Shown: positions 48,355 through 58,133 of the stretch, one piece after another
Layout: each line of letters begins with the position of its first letter
How positions within the stretch are numbered: position 1 is the stretch's first letter
From: an uncultured Gemmatimonadaceae bacterium
GTDB taxonomy: Bacteria > Gemmatimonadota > Gemmatimonadetes > Gemmatimonadales > Gemmatimonadaceae
Reading direction: 5' to 3'
Length of the DNA: 64,000 nucleotides
NCBI GenBank assembly: GCA_963790305.1
Contig: CAWBOC010000007.1
Span: 128,001 to 192,000 of the forward strand
Program-made: the position numbers and the translations under genes
The notes under the pieces: generated by a model
What the model was told of the DNA's origin: nothing
The model's input: the letters and a program-made list of their open reading frames with translations, nothing else
Databases searched by the model: none

Positions 48355-48427
48355 TGGAGCTGAGGGGGCTCGAACCCCTGACCTCCTGGGTGCGATCCAG
48401 GCGCTCTCCCAGCTGAGCTACAGCCCC
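48355..48427 (-). tRNA. tRNA-Ala(CGC), CCA not encoded
   Basis: GGGGCUG/CAGCUCC acceptor stem with G3-U70, anticodon arm ctggatCGCacccag, GGTTCGAG. Confidence 0.95.
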
Positions 48428-48526
48428 GCGCACGCGGGTACGGGAGAACCCACTAGATCCCTCGCACCCGGATCACCTGAAGACAACAGCCCCGCTACGT
48501 TCGCGGGGCCGCGTTCAAGCTGTTGG

Positions 48527-48555
48527 ATGATAACAGCTTTCGCGGGTCGCGTCAA
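48527..48555 (-). promoter_or_regulatory. sigma70 promoter for the tRNA-Ala transcript
   Basis: TTGACG (48555-48550)-17-TATCAT (48532-48527). Confidence 0.8.
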
Positions 48556-48888
48556 GCGAATGCCCTGCCTTCTCGATGGTCCGGGCCATCACCCATCACG
48601 CGTGATTGTACCAGCGATTCACGCGCGCTGTTCCGACGATTTTCAATACCTGCAAAGAAGAGCGATGGGGGGCGATCCCACGACTTTCGTCGTTTCCCAA
48701 ACTGCCCACACTCCCCCCGGAGTTGTCCCCCCACCGCTTCACCTGCCGCGCGCATGCAACGCGCGCGTGGGCGGAAAAGGCCCTGCTACGCACTAGACCG
48801 ATCAGCACCGTGTGGGGCAACATCTGGCGCGATCCAGATCACGATTCGGTGCTTGCGCGCACCGAACGGCGACCGTAGCGTCCGCGTC

Positions 48889-49851
48889 GTGTTCGCCGAC
48901 GTGACCGCCGACGATGTGCGACGCGCAGCGGAGCGCCTTCGCGACGTGGTTCGGCGAACCGAGCTCCGTCGCGCCCTCCGCCTGTCCGATCGCGTTCAGC
49001 GCGAGGTGTGGCTCAAGCTCGAGAACGCGCAGCTCACCGGCTCCTTCAAGATGCGCGGCGCATACAACGCCATCGCCTCGCTTCCACAATCCGAGAGAGG
49101 ACGCGGTGTGGTCACCGCGAGCGCGGGTAACCACGGCCGCGGCGTTGCGCTCGCCGCGCAACGATTCGGCATTCGCGCGTTGATCTTCGTGCCGCGAACG
49201 GCGCCGCGCGTGAAGATCGAAGGGATGCGAGAGTGCGGCGCGTCGATCGACGCGGACTCCGCGCATTACGATGAAGCGCACGCGCGCTCGGTGGCGTTCG
49301 CGAATGAGCACCACGCCGTCTACCTCGATCCATGCGTCGGCACCCCGCTCGTTGCCGGCCACGGTACGGTCGCTCTCGAGATCATCGATCAGCTGCCGAA
49401 CGTCGGCTCGGTCATCCTCCCAGTGGGCGGCGGTGGCCTGCTCGGGGGAATGGGCGCATTTCTCCGGGCGACGAAGCCCGAGGTGCGCATCGTCGGTGCG
49501 CAGAGCGTGAACACGAGCGCGATGGCGCGCTCGCTCGAAGCAGGACATCTCGTCGATGTCCCGGTGATGCCAACCCTCGCCGATGGCCTCGCGGGCGCGA
49601 TCGATGCGCACGGGCTCGACGTCGGCCGACACGCACTCGATAGAATGGTGGTGGTCGAGGAAGCAGACGTTGCCCGCGCGATCGCCTTTCTCGCCCGGGA
49701 AGAGGACGTCACGGCCGAGGGGTCCGGAGCGGTTGGAGTGGCTGCGCTACTTGCGGGGTTGGCGGACGACGTGGTCGATCCCGTCGTCGTGGTAATCAGC
49801 GGCGGGAACATCGACTCGGACGTCTTCGAGCGTGTCAAAGGGCAGCGGTAG
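48889..49851 (+). CDS. PLP-dependent threonine/serine dehydratase family
   Basis: KLENAQLTGSFKMRGA, SAGNHG, VGGGGL, SGGN. Confidence 0.92.
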   Translation: MFADVTADDVRRAAERLRDVVRRTELRRALRLSDRVQREVWLKLENAQLTGSFKMRGAYNAIASLPQSERGRGVVTASAGNHGRGVALAAQRFGIRALIFVPRTAPRVKIEGMRECGASIDADSAHYDEAHARSVAFANEHHAVYLDPCVGTPLVAGHGTVALEIIDQLPNVGSVILPVGGGGLLGGMGAFLRATKPEVRIVGAQSVNTSAMARSLEAGHLVDVPVMPTLADGLAGAIDAHGLDVGRHALDRMVVVEEADVARAIAFLAREEDVTAEGSGAVGVAALLAGLADDVVDPVVVVISGGNIDSDVFERVKGQR

Positions 49852-49930
49852 CCGAGGTCGTCAAGGTCGTCGAGGAGATCAAGGTGACTTCGCCTCGATC
49901 ACCTGGACCACTTCGACGACCTCGACTACC
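49847..49930. repeat. 9-mer (GTCGAGGTV-type) tandem inverted-repeat element
   Basis: ggtagccgaggtcgtcaaggtcgtcgaggagatcaagg...cctcgatcacctggaccacttcgacgacctcgactacc. Confidence 0.8.
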
Positions 49931-49946
49931 CCTGCATATTCCCTCC

Positions 49947-50912
49947 ATGTCCCTGAGCCTCCGTTTCCTCGGTACCTCCGCCGCTCGCCCCACCGTCGAG
50001 CGGAACGTCAGCTCGCTCGCGCTCATTCGCGAGGGAGAGACGATGCTGTTCGACTGCGGCGAGGGAACGCAGCGGCAGATGATGCGCTACGGCATCTCGT
50101 TCGTGCTGGAGGACATTTTTTTCACCCACCTGCACGCCGATCACGTCATCGGCGTCATTGGCCTCATGCGGACGATGGCCTTGCAGGGACGCACGGAAGC
50201 GCTTCGGCTGTGGGGACCCCGCGGATCGAGCCGCCATTTGCGCCGCGCTTCGGAGTTCGGCGTCGAGCGCGTGGGCTTCCGCGTCGACGTGATGGAGGTG
50301 CAGGCCGAAGAGACCATCAAGCGAAACGGATACGTGATCGAGCCGTTCGCCGCCGAGCACGGCGGGGGACCGTCGTTAGGTTTCGCGCTGGTGGAGGAGG
50401 AGCGTCGCGGACGGTTCAATCCCGATCTCGCTCGCGAGCTCGGCGTTCCCGAGGGCCCGATGTGGGGCAAGCTGCATTGCGGGGAAGCGGTGACGCTCGC
50501 CGACGGGCGCATCGTGGATCCCGTAGTCCTCGTCGGTCCGCGGCGGTCGGGGCGGAAGGTCGTGATCTCGGGCGATACCCGTCCCGCGCAGACCGTGATC
50601 GACGCGTCGCGGGGGGCCGACGTGCTGGTGCACGAAGCCACGTTCGCCGATGAGGAGGCCGATCGCGCCCGGGAGACCGGCCATTCGACGGCGCGCGAGG
50701 CCGCGACCGTGGCGGCGCGGGCAGGGGTTCGCCAGCTCGTGCTAACCCACTTTTCCGCCCGCTACTCGCGCGACGCCTCGGATCTGCTGAAGGAGGCCCG
50801 CGAGGAATTCGCCTTTACAACTCTGGCTCGCGACGGGATGGAAGTCGAAGTCCCGTATGAGGATGAAGGAGCTGCCGGGGTGATCGACCAAGAGGATGTC
50901 GAGAGGGGGTGA
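49947..50912 (+). CDS. rnz: Ribonuclease Z
   Basis: FLGTSAARP, FDCGEGTQ, THLHADH, GVPEGP exosite, SGDT, HEAT, THFSARY. Confidence 0.95.
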   Translation: MSLSLRFLGTSAARPTVERNVSSLALIREGETMLFDCGEGTQRQMMRYGISFVLEDIFFTHLHADHVIGVIGLMRTMALQGRTEALRLWGPRGSSRHLRRASEFGVERVGFRVDVMEVQAEETIKRNGYVIEPFAAEHGGGPSLGFALVEEERRGRFNPDLARELGVPEGPMWGKLHCGEAVTLADGRIVDPVVLVGPRRSGRKVVISGDTRPAQTVIDASRGADVLVHEATFADEEADRARETGHSTAREAATVAARAGVRQLVLTHFSARYSRDASDLLKEAREEFAFTTLARDGMEVEVPYEDEGAAGVIDQEDVERG

Positions 50913-51054
50913 CAAATGTTTCCATCGCCACTATGATTGGGGGCGACAAACATTTGGTCTGAGACAGCCGTGAATCCGGGGCACCTTCCCGGTTCACGGC
51001 TTCGTATTGCCACCCCGGCTGTAGCACCCCACGCCCCCTCGGAGGACGTCCTTG

Positions 51055-52581
51055 ATGCGCCGTTTCCTGCTCCTTTCAACCAGTTTTCTGGCTGTTGCGG
51101 GTTGTAGCGATTCTCTGCCTCTGGAGTCCGCAGCGCCCGCCCTCAACGTCGCATCCGCTCCCGCTTCATCCCGCTACGCCGTCCTTCTCAAGGGTGGCTC
51201 CGCCGCCGACTTCGCCCAACAGATCGCCGCGCTCGGTGGCACCGTCGAGCTCCTGCACGAGCGTGCTGGGGTCGCCGTTGTCGCCGGCCTTTCCGACGCC
51301 GCCGCTCTCTCGCTCGAGGGCAGTTCCAGCGTAGACCTCGTCATCGAGGACTTCGAGTATCAGGGCGCGTCGAACGTGATCGAGCCGATGGTCGAGATGG
51401 CGGCTGGCACCTCGGTCCTTGGCGACGCCCAGAGTCAGACCAATCCAGCCACGGCCGCGTTCTACGCCCGTCAGTGGCACCATTGAGTGATTGGCGCCAA
51501 CGTCGCCTGGGCGAACGGTCGCCTCGGTTCCCCGAGCGTGGACGTCTTCATTCTCGACAGCGGCATCGACGAGACCTACATCGACCTCGCTGGCCTGGTC
51601 GATATGTCCCGTGCGGTTTCCTACGTTCCGTCGGACAACGCCCTGATCACCCGGTTCTTCCCGGGCCGCGTGCCGACGAGCGACCTGAACGGCCACGGCT
51701 CGCACGTCGCTTCGACCGTGAGCAGCCGCGCGCTGGCCAACGCCGGGGTTACGTCGCGCGTGACGCTCGTTCCCGTGAAGGTCCTCGGAGCCACTGGATC
51801 CGGCTCCTTCACCGGCATCCTCAATGGAATTCTGTACGCGGCCGACGAGCAGGCCAATGTCATCAACGCCAGCGTTGGTGCTCTATTCCCTCGCCGGGGT
51901 AACAAGGACTTCACCAAGCTCCTCGATCAAGTCACGCGGTACGCCCGCAATGCCGGCGTCACGATGGTGATCGCCGCAGGCAACGACGCCGCTCCAATCC
52001 ACCCGAGCATGAACGCGCTGTACGGCGCCTTCTGCTCGACCAAGAACGTCATCTGCGTGTCCGCGACGGGCCCGAACGCGGGTCCGCTCAATGGCCCCTT
52101 CACAGGCATCGATCGGCCGGCGATCTACACGAACTACGGGCAGCAGCATGTCGATGTCGCCGCCCCCGGCGGCAACTGGGCGGAGAACGCCGCGGGCCAG
52201 ATCGTCTCGGCGATCGGCGTGTGGGCGGCGTGCTCGAAGACGACGTTGGTGTTCGACAAGACGCTGACCCCGCCAGGAGAAGCGGTGAAGGATCCACCGG
52301 CGGGGGATTGGAAGCTGCACCAGTGCGCCGCGCAGCCGCAATTCACTTTCACGCTCGGGAACCTGGGCACGAGCATGGCGTCGCCGCACGTAGCCGGCCT
52401 GGCCGCGCTACTCGTCGAGCAGTACGGCCGGAATCCAGGTGCCATCGAGGCCGCCATTCAGAACAGCGCCGATGATATCCTCCAATATCGCGCGGATGGC
52501 ACGCTCGAGTTCGGCAAGCCCGGCAAGGATGATTACTACGGGCACGGTCGGATCAACGTCGCTCGCGCGCTCGGCTTGTAA
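51055..52581 (+). CDS. S8 subtilase lipoprotein (copy 1) interrupted by an in-frame TGA at 51484-51486
   Basis: Lipobox VAGC; LDSG, HGSH, AAGN, GTSMASPH; frame continues unchanged past the TGA. Confidence 0.88.
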
Positions 52582-52726
52582 GGCAGGCGCAGTTCGATCG
52601 GTCATTTCGTCGGGGTGCGCAGTGATGCGCACCCCGACGCGCGTCTGTGGCACACGCGCCACTCTTGCGAGTAAACGCCCGACGCCGCACTGTTGGCGCC
52701 TCTCTCCTGCCCCGAGGATTGTGCCC

Positions 52727-54304
52727 ATGCGTCGTATCCTCCCGGTTCTTGCTGTCGCTGCATTCGCGGGTTGCTCGGACTCGCTCGTCGAGGTGACCCG
52801 CGCGCCCGCGCCAAGCCTCAGTGTCAGCTCGTCGTTGGCACCATCGAAGTACGTCATATTGTTCAGAGGTGGCGCCCCATCGGATTTCGAGAGCAGCGTC
52901 GCTGCTCGCGGCGGCACCGTCGAGCTGATGCACCACCGCTCGGGTATCGCGATCGTCGATGGTCTTTCGCCAGAGGGTGCGCGCGAGATCGAGGCGAATG
53001 TGAGCGTCGAGGCGATCATCCAGGATTTCGAGTACCAGGGTGTGTCGCACCAGGTGGAACCGATGGTCGAGGCGGCCGACGCGGGTATGCTCGACGCGGG
53101 AATGCAGTCGCAGGCCAATCCGGCGACGGCCTTCTTCTACCCTCGTCAGTGGCATCACCGCGCAATCGGGGCGAACGTCGCCTGGGCGGCCGTTCCCCCT
53201 CGTCTGGGCTCGCCTAACGTCGACGTCGCGATTCTCGATAGCGGTGTCGATCACCTGTATCCGGATCTCGTCGGTCTCGTCGACCAGGACCGCGCTCGGT
53301 CATTCGTCCCCGTGGGAAGCCTGACGGAGATCCCGACGAATGCTGCGCAGCAGACGGACAACCAGCTGATTCACCTCTGGTTCCCCGGCTCGAACCGCCC
53401 AGTCTGGAGCGATCTCAACGGCCACGGATCGCACGTTGCGTCCACCGTCAGCAGCCTCGCGATCGTCAGTGCGGGCGTGACGTCGAGGGTTACGATCATT
53501 CCGGTCAAGGTCCTGGCGGCGCGTGGATCGGGCTCCTTCAGCGGCATTCTGAACGGCATTCTCTACGCGACGGATGCTGGCGCCGAAGTGATCAACATGA
53601 GTCTCGGCGCGCTCTATCCGCGTGACGGCAATCGGGGCTTCAACAGACTGCTCGATGAAGCCACGAAGTATGCGCGGAGCAATGGCGTAACGATCGTCGT
53701 CGCAGCCGGAAATGACGCGGTACGGCTACACCCGAGCAATGGAGGGTTGTACGGCGCCTTCTGCTCGACGAAGAACGTCATCTGCGTGTCCGCGACGGGT
53801 CCGAACGCAGGGCCGACCAACGGACCGTGGACGCCAAGCGTCGATTTCCCTGCGATCTATACCAACTACGGCATCCAGTTCATCGATGTCGCGGCTCCCG
53901 GCGGGAACTGGGCCGAGAATGCGCAGGGGCAGATCGTCTCGGCGATCGGCGTGTGGGCCGCGTGCTCCAAGACCACTCTGCAGTACGTGGTGCCGACGGT
54001 GCCTGCGGGCTCGCCGCCGGGGACGCTGCCGGCGCCGCCGTTCTATCGGAAGCAGACGTGCTCGTTGAATCCCAATTCGACGTTCGCGTCAGGATTCATC
54101 GGGACGAGCATGGCATCGCCGCACGTTGCCGGCCTCGCCGCGCTGCTGGTCGAGAACGTCGGCCGCAGCCCCGAGCTGATCAAGTCGATCCTTGCCGAGA
54201 ATTCGGATGACATTCCGGTCTACGGGAAGCCTGGCAAGGATGACCTGTACGGGAACGGTCGGATCAACGTAGTGCGTGCCCTCACCGCCGCCGGCGGACT
54301 GTAA
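52727..54304 (+). CDS. S8 subtilase lipoprotein (copy 2)
   Basis: Lipobox FAGC; LDSG, HGSH, AAGN, GTSMASPH. Confidence 0.93.
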   Translation: MRRILPVLAVAAFAGCSDSLVEVTRAPAPSLSVSSSLAPSKYVILFRGGAPSDFESSVAARGGTVELMHHRSGIAIVDGLSPEGAREIEANVSVEAIIQDFEYQGVSHQVEPMVEAADAGMLDAGMQSQANPATAFFYPRQWHHRAIGANVAWAAVPPRLGSPNVDVAILDSGVDHLYPDLVGLVDQDRARSFVPVGSLTEIPTNAAQQTDNQLIHLWFPGSNRPVWSDLNGHGSHVASTVSSLAIVSAGVTSRVTIIPVKVLAARGSGSFSGILNGILYATDAGAEVINMSLGALYPRDGNRGFNRLLDEATKYARSNGVTIVVAAGNDAVRLHPSNGGLYGAFCSTKNVICVSATGPNAGPTNGPWTPSVDFPAIYTNYGIQFIDVAAPGGNWAENAQGQIVSAIGVWAACSKTTLQYVVPTVPAGSPPGTLPAPPFYRKQTCSLNPNSTFASGFIGTSMASPHVAGLAALLVENVGRSPELIKSILAENSDDIPVYGKPGKDDLYGNGRINVVRALTAAGGL

Positions 54305-54313
54305 TAACCAGGC

Positions 54314-54397
54314 GGTCGAGGTAGTCGAGGTCGTCCAGGTCAGCGAGGAAGTGCAGTTTCCTCGATCACCTGGACGACCTCGATCACATCGACTACC
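54314..54397. repeat. 9-mer tandem inverted-repeat element between convergent genes (same family as 49847)
   Basis: ggtcgaggtagtcgaggtcgtccaggtcagcgaggaa-gtgcagt-ttcctcgatcacctggacgacctcgatcacatcgactacc. Confidence 0.85.
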
Positions 54398-54690
54398 TAT
54401 CCGCCATGCGTCATTGGCGTGCCTAACGGATTATCCGCGGCGGCAATGCGCATCGACCGGCGGAAATGGAGCGCCAGGTCGCTCTCGGTGAGCTTCTGAA
54501 GGATCGTGTCCGTGTCGAGACGGGCGGTCACGTTCCGCGCCTCCGGACCATCGATGTTGCGCCACGCATAGCGGTCGAGCCGTGATGTGCGTCCGTTCGG
54601 ATGCCGAAAGACGATCATGGCGTGGCTGGCCCCCGGCAGCATGACCTCGACGCCCCATCGGACGCCGTCAGACGCCTGAAAGGTATTCAT
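54397..54690 (-). CDS. Hypothetical protein
   Basis: 97-aa ORF with protein-like composition, 2 nt from the upstream gene. Confidence 0.7.
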   Translation of the reverse strand: MNTFQASDGVRWGVEVMLPGASHAMIVFRHPNGRTSRLDRYAWRNIDGPEARNVTARLDTDTILQKLTESDLALHFRRSMRIAAADNPLGTPMTHGG

Positions 54691-54692
54691 CG

Positions 54693-55088
54693 TTAGGTCG
54701 TCGCGCTCGGTACCAGCGGGCGTCGGCTGTCGAAGCCGGCATCACGCTCATGCCAGTGTGCGACCGACGGCTCACCGAGACGCCAACACAGGTAGGCGGG
54801 GTGCCCATCCACCTCGCCTGGAAAGTCCACCAGGCCAATGTCCGGTCCCTTCATCTCGACGCCGAGGTCGTTGAGCTCGCGCACGAAGCCATCGATGGTC
54901 CGTGCGGCCGACTGAATGTCCCGCTGAAGGCGATCGATCTTGACGCTGTCGGGCGCAGGGCTCGCGGCCAGCACGTCCAGCGACTTCACCAGCTCCTGCC
55001 AGCTCCCGTAGTGGTCCACGATGTCCTGGACGATGCGGCGCACGAGCGGGAGGGTGCTGTTCGCCTGCTCGATAGTGAAGGTTTTCAT
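54693..55088 (-). CDS. DUF2203 family protein
   Basis: FTIEQANSTLPLV, GLVDFP, YLCWRLGE, HWH, GF..RRP. Confidence 0.88.
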   Translation of the reverse strand: MKTFTIEQANSTLPLVRRIVQDIVDHYGSWQELVKSLDVLAASPAPDSVKIDRLQRDIQSAARTIDGFVRELNDLGVEMKGPDIGLVDFPGEVDGHPAYLCWRLGEPSVAHWHERDAGFDSRRPLVPSATT

Positions 55089-55174
55089 GTGATGCACAGG
55101 GTGTGCACGCCCCATGCCCGGGTCAAGTCCGCTCGGGGGTGTGCGGCGCTGCGCCGCACGACGATATTCTCTCC

Positions 55175-56029
55175 ATGTCTCCCGCCGCCGATCGGATGAC
55201 CGCCGAGGACCTGACACGCGCCCGCGCGGTGCTCGGGTTGTCTCCGGGCGAGCTCGCCGCCGAAATCGGATTGACGGAACCGGTGGTGCGGGCCTGGGAA
55301 GACGGGTCGCTGCGAATTCCACAGCAGTACGCCATCCAGATCGTTTGGCGTGCCGCCGTCGCCGAGCGGCAGGCGGCGCTCGCGTCGAGCGGGCTTCCCG
55401 AGTGCACCTGGGTAACCCGGTGGATGGATTCCGCACCGCCCCCGGGAGCCGGCGCCCAGCGCGAGCACCTCGACGCCTTGCGACGTCACGCCGCGGTATG
55501 CCCGCACTGCACGGCGCGCGCGCGCTTCGTCGAGCAGAACTTCCCGCCGATGCCCGACCTCCCGATTCCCCCGGCGGTTCGCGCGCTGCGCACAGCCGGG
55601 ACCGCACTCAAGCGCCTACCGATCTGGCTCCGTGCAACAGTCGTGGGCGCGATCGCCGTGGGTGCGCTCACCGTCTTTCGAGTGGCAGGACTGGCGGTTG
55701 CTGGCGAAGGACCGTCCGCGTTGAACGCCCTTGGGCTCATCATCGGTTCGGTCATCCTCGGCGCCTATCAGGGGGCGGTCGCCGGGATCACCTACGCGAT
55801 CGTGCGTGACCCTCTGCGGAGAATCGGGCGCCTTGGCGATTACATCGCCGGAGTGCTGTGCGTCTGGGCGTATCTGCTGGCGTCCGTGCTGCCCTTGCAG
55901 CTTCTGCCGGAACGTCCCGAGTTCGCGCATCCGGACCGAGCGCCCGCGCTTGCGCTGGGTGGCGCCATCGTTGGCGTGATCATCGGCCACGTCTGGTTCC
56001 GGCGTCGCGGAACGCGGCACGGAGCATGA
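55175..56029 (+). CDS. XRE-type HTH + HxxxCxxC + multi-TM membrane protein
   Basis: ARAVLGLSPGELAAEIG...VRAWEDG; HAAVCPHC; four hydrophobic segments. Confidence 0.7.
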   Translation: MSPAADRMTAEDLTRARAVLGLSPGELAAEIGLTEPVVRAWEDGSLRIPQQYAIQIVWRAAVAERQAALASSGLPECTWVTRWMDSAPPPGAGAQREHLDALRRHAAVCPHCTARARFVEQNFPPMPDLPIPPAVRALRTAGTALKRLPIWLRATVVGAIAVGALTVFRVAGLAVAGEGPSALNALGLIIGSVILGAYQGAVAGITYAIVRDPLRRIGRLGDYIAGVLCVWAYLLASVLPLQLLPERPEFAHPDRAPALALGGAIVGVIIGHVWFRRRGTRHGA

Positions 56030-56075
56030 ATCAATGCACGAGTACCGATACGAGCCTTCGACCCGAGATGCACTC

Positions 56076-56345
56076 ATGACGACGAGCCGTGAAACGAACT
56101 GGATGAATCACCCCGTGCTCCGGAAGCTGGTGGAGGACGCGAACAAGCTGACGCTGGCCGAGCGCATCACGCTGGTGAAGGGATTGATCCCTGCGATCGC
56201 GAATCAGCTCAGTCCGCGTGAGTACGAAGGCTTCGTCGCCGAGATCCAGCTCAAGGGAGAGCGGTTCCACGAGGCGCAATCTCAGAAGGGCGAGGGAAGA
56301 GCGGCGAGGCAGGTGCCCGGAGAGAGAGACCTGGAGGGGAGGTAG
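56076..56345 (+). CDS. Hypothetical protein
   Basis: Helical 89-aa ORF with typical codon usage. Confidence 0.7.
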   Translation: MTTSRETNWMNHPVLRKLVEDANKLTLAERITLVKGLIPAIANQLSPREYEGFVAEIQLKGERFHEAQSQKGEGRAARQVPGERDLEGR

Positions 56346-56355
56346 ACCGCTCCCT

Positions 56356-56853
56356 TCAATTCTTGCGTTCGGCGGTCCTCTCCTCGAGCCTGCGCCGCCT
56401 TCGCTCCTGCGCTGCCTGGTAGCGCCGCTTCTCATCTTCCGTCTCCGGCACGATCGCCGGGATCTCCATGGGGCGATGGTTCTGGTCGATCGCCACGAAG
56501 GTGAGATAGCACGAGTTCGTGTGGCGTCGCGCGCCTGTCGAAAGAACTTCCGCTTCGACGCGAACGCCCACCTCCATTGAGGTGCGGCCCACGAAGTTCA
56601 CCGACGACTTCAGAATGACGAGATCGCCGAGGTGGATCGGCTCGCGGAAGTCGACGCGATCGACCGAGACGGTGACGCAGTTCTGCCTCGAGTGACGGAT
56701 GGCCGAGACGGCAGCCACGCGGTCGAGGAGCGAAAGAATGACGCCTCCAAAGACGTGTCCGAGATTGTTGGCGTGTTGCGGCATCATTATCTCGGAGCTT
56801 TCGTGACGCGATTCGCGCACGAATCGCGAGGGCCGCTTGGGTTGGGGACTCAC
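56356..56853 (-). CDS. Acyl-CoA thioesterase (hotdog fold)
   Basis: HANNLGHVFGG, VTVSVD, VGRTSMEV, TFVAID. Confidence 0.92.
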   Translation of the reverse strand: MSPQPKRPSRFVRESRHESSEIMMPQHANNLGHVFGGVILSLLDRVAAVSAIRHSRQNCVTVSVDRVDFREPIHLGDLVILKSSVNFVGRTSMEVGVRVEAEVLSTGARRHTNSCYLTFVAIDQNHRPMEIPAIVPETEDEKRRYQAAQERRRRRLEERTAERKN

Positions 56854-58028
56854 AGGCGTGGAGTGCGAGGTGAGCGCGGCAGCGCCGCCGCGAAGTGCGG
56901 AGCGCGCCTCGCGGGAGAATGGAACGCCGTCCGCGACTGCTCTGAATAGAGGGCGGCCTCGTCGAACGCGCGTGTAAGCGCGCGTCGCGTGGCGGGATCG
57001 AGCGACGGCTCATTCAGCCAGAGGAGTGAATACGCCGGCGCCGATATTCGCGCGACGGGCCACTCGCGTCCGGCCGAATCGACCATCACCAGCGTCGCGC
57101 GATCCCCCGTCGCATCGTACCGCGCTATCACGGAGAGCCCGCGGCGCTCCCAGCGGTCGAGGCTCGAGTCGAAAGGCGCGACGGAAAGTGTTCCTCTCAC
57201 CTCCGTCCACCAGGCGGCCGTCGAGTCGGCGGCAATCGGGGCAAGGCTGATCATCAGGCCTCCCGCGCGCGACCCGTGACCGGGAGCGAAGAACTGTACC
57301 GCCGGAACGCGCCCATTGCGCACGACGGCGAACGAGGACGGGTCGAAATCGAAGTCGGCAATCGCATCGGCAGCAGCGCGGGCACGCGCGTCGGGGGAGG
57401 CGAGCACGGAATCCAGCGCCAGCGAAAATCGGCGCCTGCCCTCGGCGACAATGCGCGTGGCGGCGGTGTCTCCGAACAGCGCTGCGATGCTCACCTGGTC
57501 GCCCTTTTCGAGATCGAGGACACCTCTCCGCGTCATATGCCATTCAGCGCCCCCCTGAATGAGCCCATCGGCGTGGTACTCGTATGACTGATAGGGTCCA
57601 AAGGCGTCGAGGAGCGCGATTTCGGCGGTCGCCTCGACGACCGGGTGCTCGCTCACGTCCTCTTCGGCGCCGACCCGAGGGTCAGTGGGATGCTCCTCGC
57701 GATACCACCGCTCGATCGATGCGGCGGTGGTGTCCTCGAAGATCGCGACCGAGTCCCCGGTCTTGAGGTCGCGCCGGAACACCCGCTGACCCACGATCAA
57801 CGCCTCGTAGTGGGAGCGGTCGTCATCGGCGACGTATATCTCGTGAAAGCGGCCACGAAGACGAGCCAGCTGCAGCGGCGCCGCGCGAACCTTCAGACGT
57901 CCGTTCTGGCTTCGGACCCAGAAGGTCGAGTCGCCGGCGGCGATGAGGAACTCCGCGCTCGGGGGGGCCACGCGCTCCGTTCGGCAGGCCACGAGCCCGA
58001 GGAGGAGGAGCGGTACGAAGCGCAGCAT
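56850..58028 (-). CDS. Hypothetical lipoprotein
   Basis: MLRFVPLLLLGLVAC lipobox; GTGA overlap with the thioesterase. Confidence 0.75.
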   Translation of the reverse strand: MLRFVPLLLLGLVACRTERVAPPSAEFLIAAGDSTFWVRSQNGRLKVRAAPLQLARLRGRFHEIYVADDDRSHYEALIVGQRVFRRDLKTGDSVAIFEDTTAASIERWYREEHPTDPRVGAEEDVSEHPVVEATAEIALLDAFGPYQSYEYHADGLIQGGAEWHMTRRGVLDLEKGDQVSIAALFGDTAATRIVAEGRRRFSLALDSVLASPDARARAAADAIADFDFDPSSFAVVRNGRVPAVQFFAPGHGSRAGGLMISLAPIAADSTAAWWTEVRGTLSVAPFDSSLDRWERRGLSVIARYDATGDRATLVMVDSAGREWPVARISAPAYSLLWLNEPSLDPATRRALTRAFDEAALYSEQSRTAFHSPARRAPHFAAALPRSPRTPRL

Positions 58029-58133
58029 GCTCCGCAAATATAGCGAACGGTGGTGCGGCTGGCCGAGCGATACGGATTGACCTGTCGATCGTTTACATTG
58101 CAACACTACCCCGTCGTCCCCGACTCCGCCCAC

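Noticed and set aside
48185..48796. 203-aa ORF across the tRNA-Ala region
   Set aside because: Antisense to a tRNA and its promoter; no protein-like features
51484..51486. Selenocysteine codon or TGA recoding
   Set aside because: Aligns with Arg, not Cys, in the paralogue; no convincing SECIS; TGA is a normal stop in many neighbouring genes
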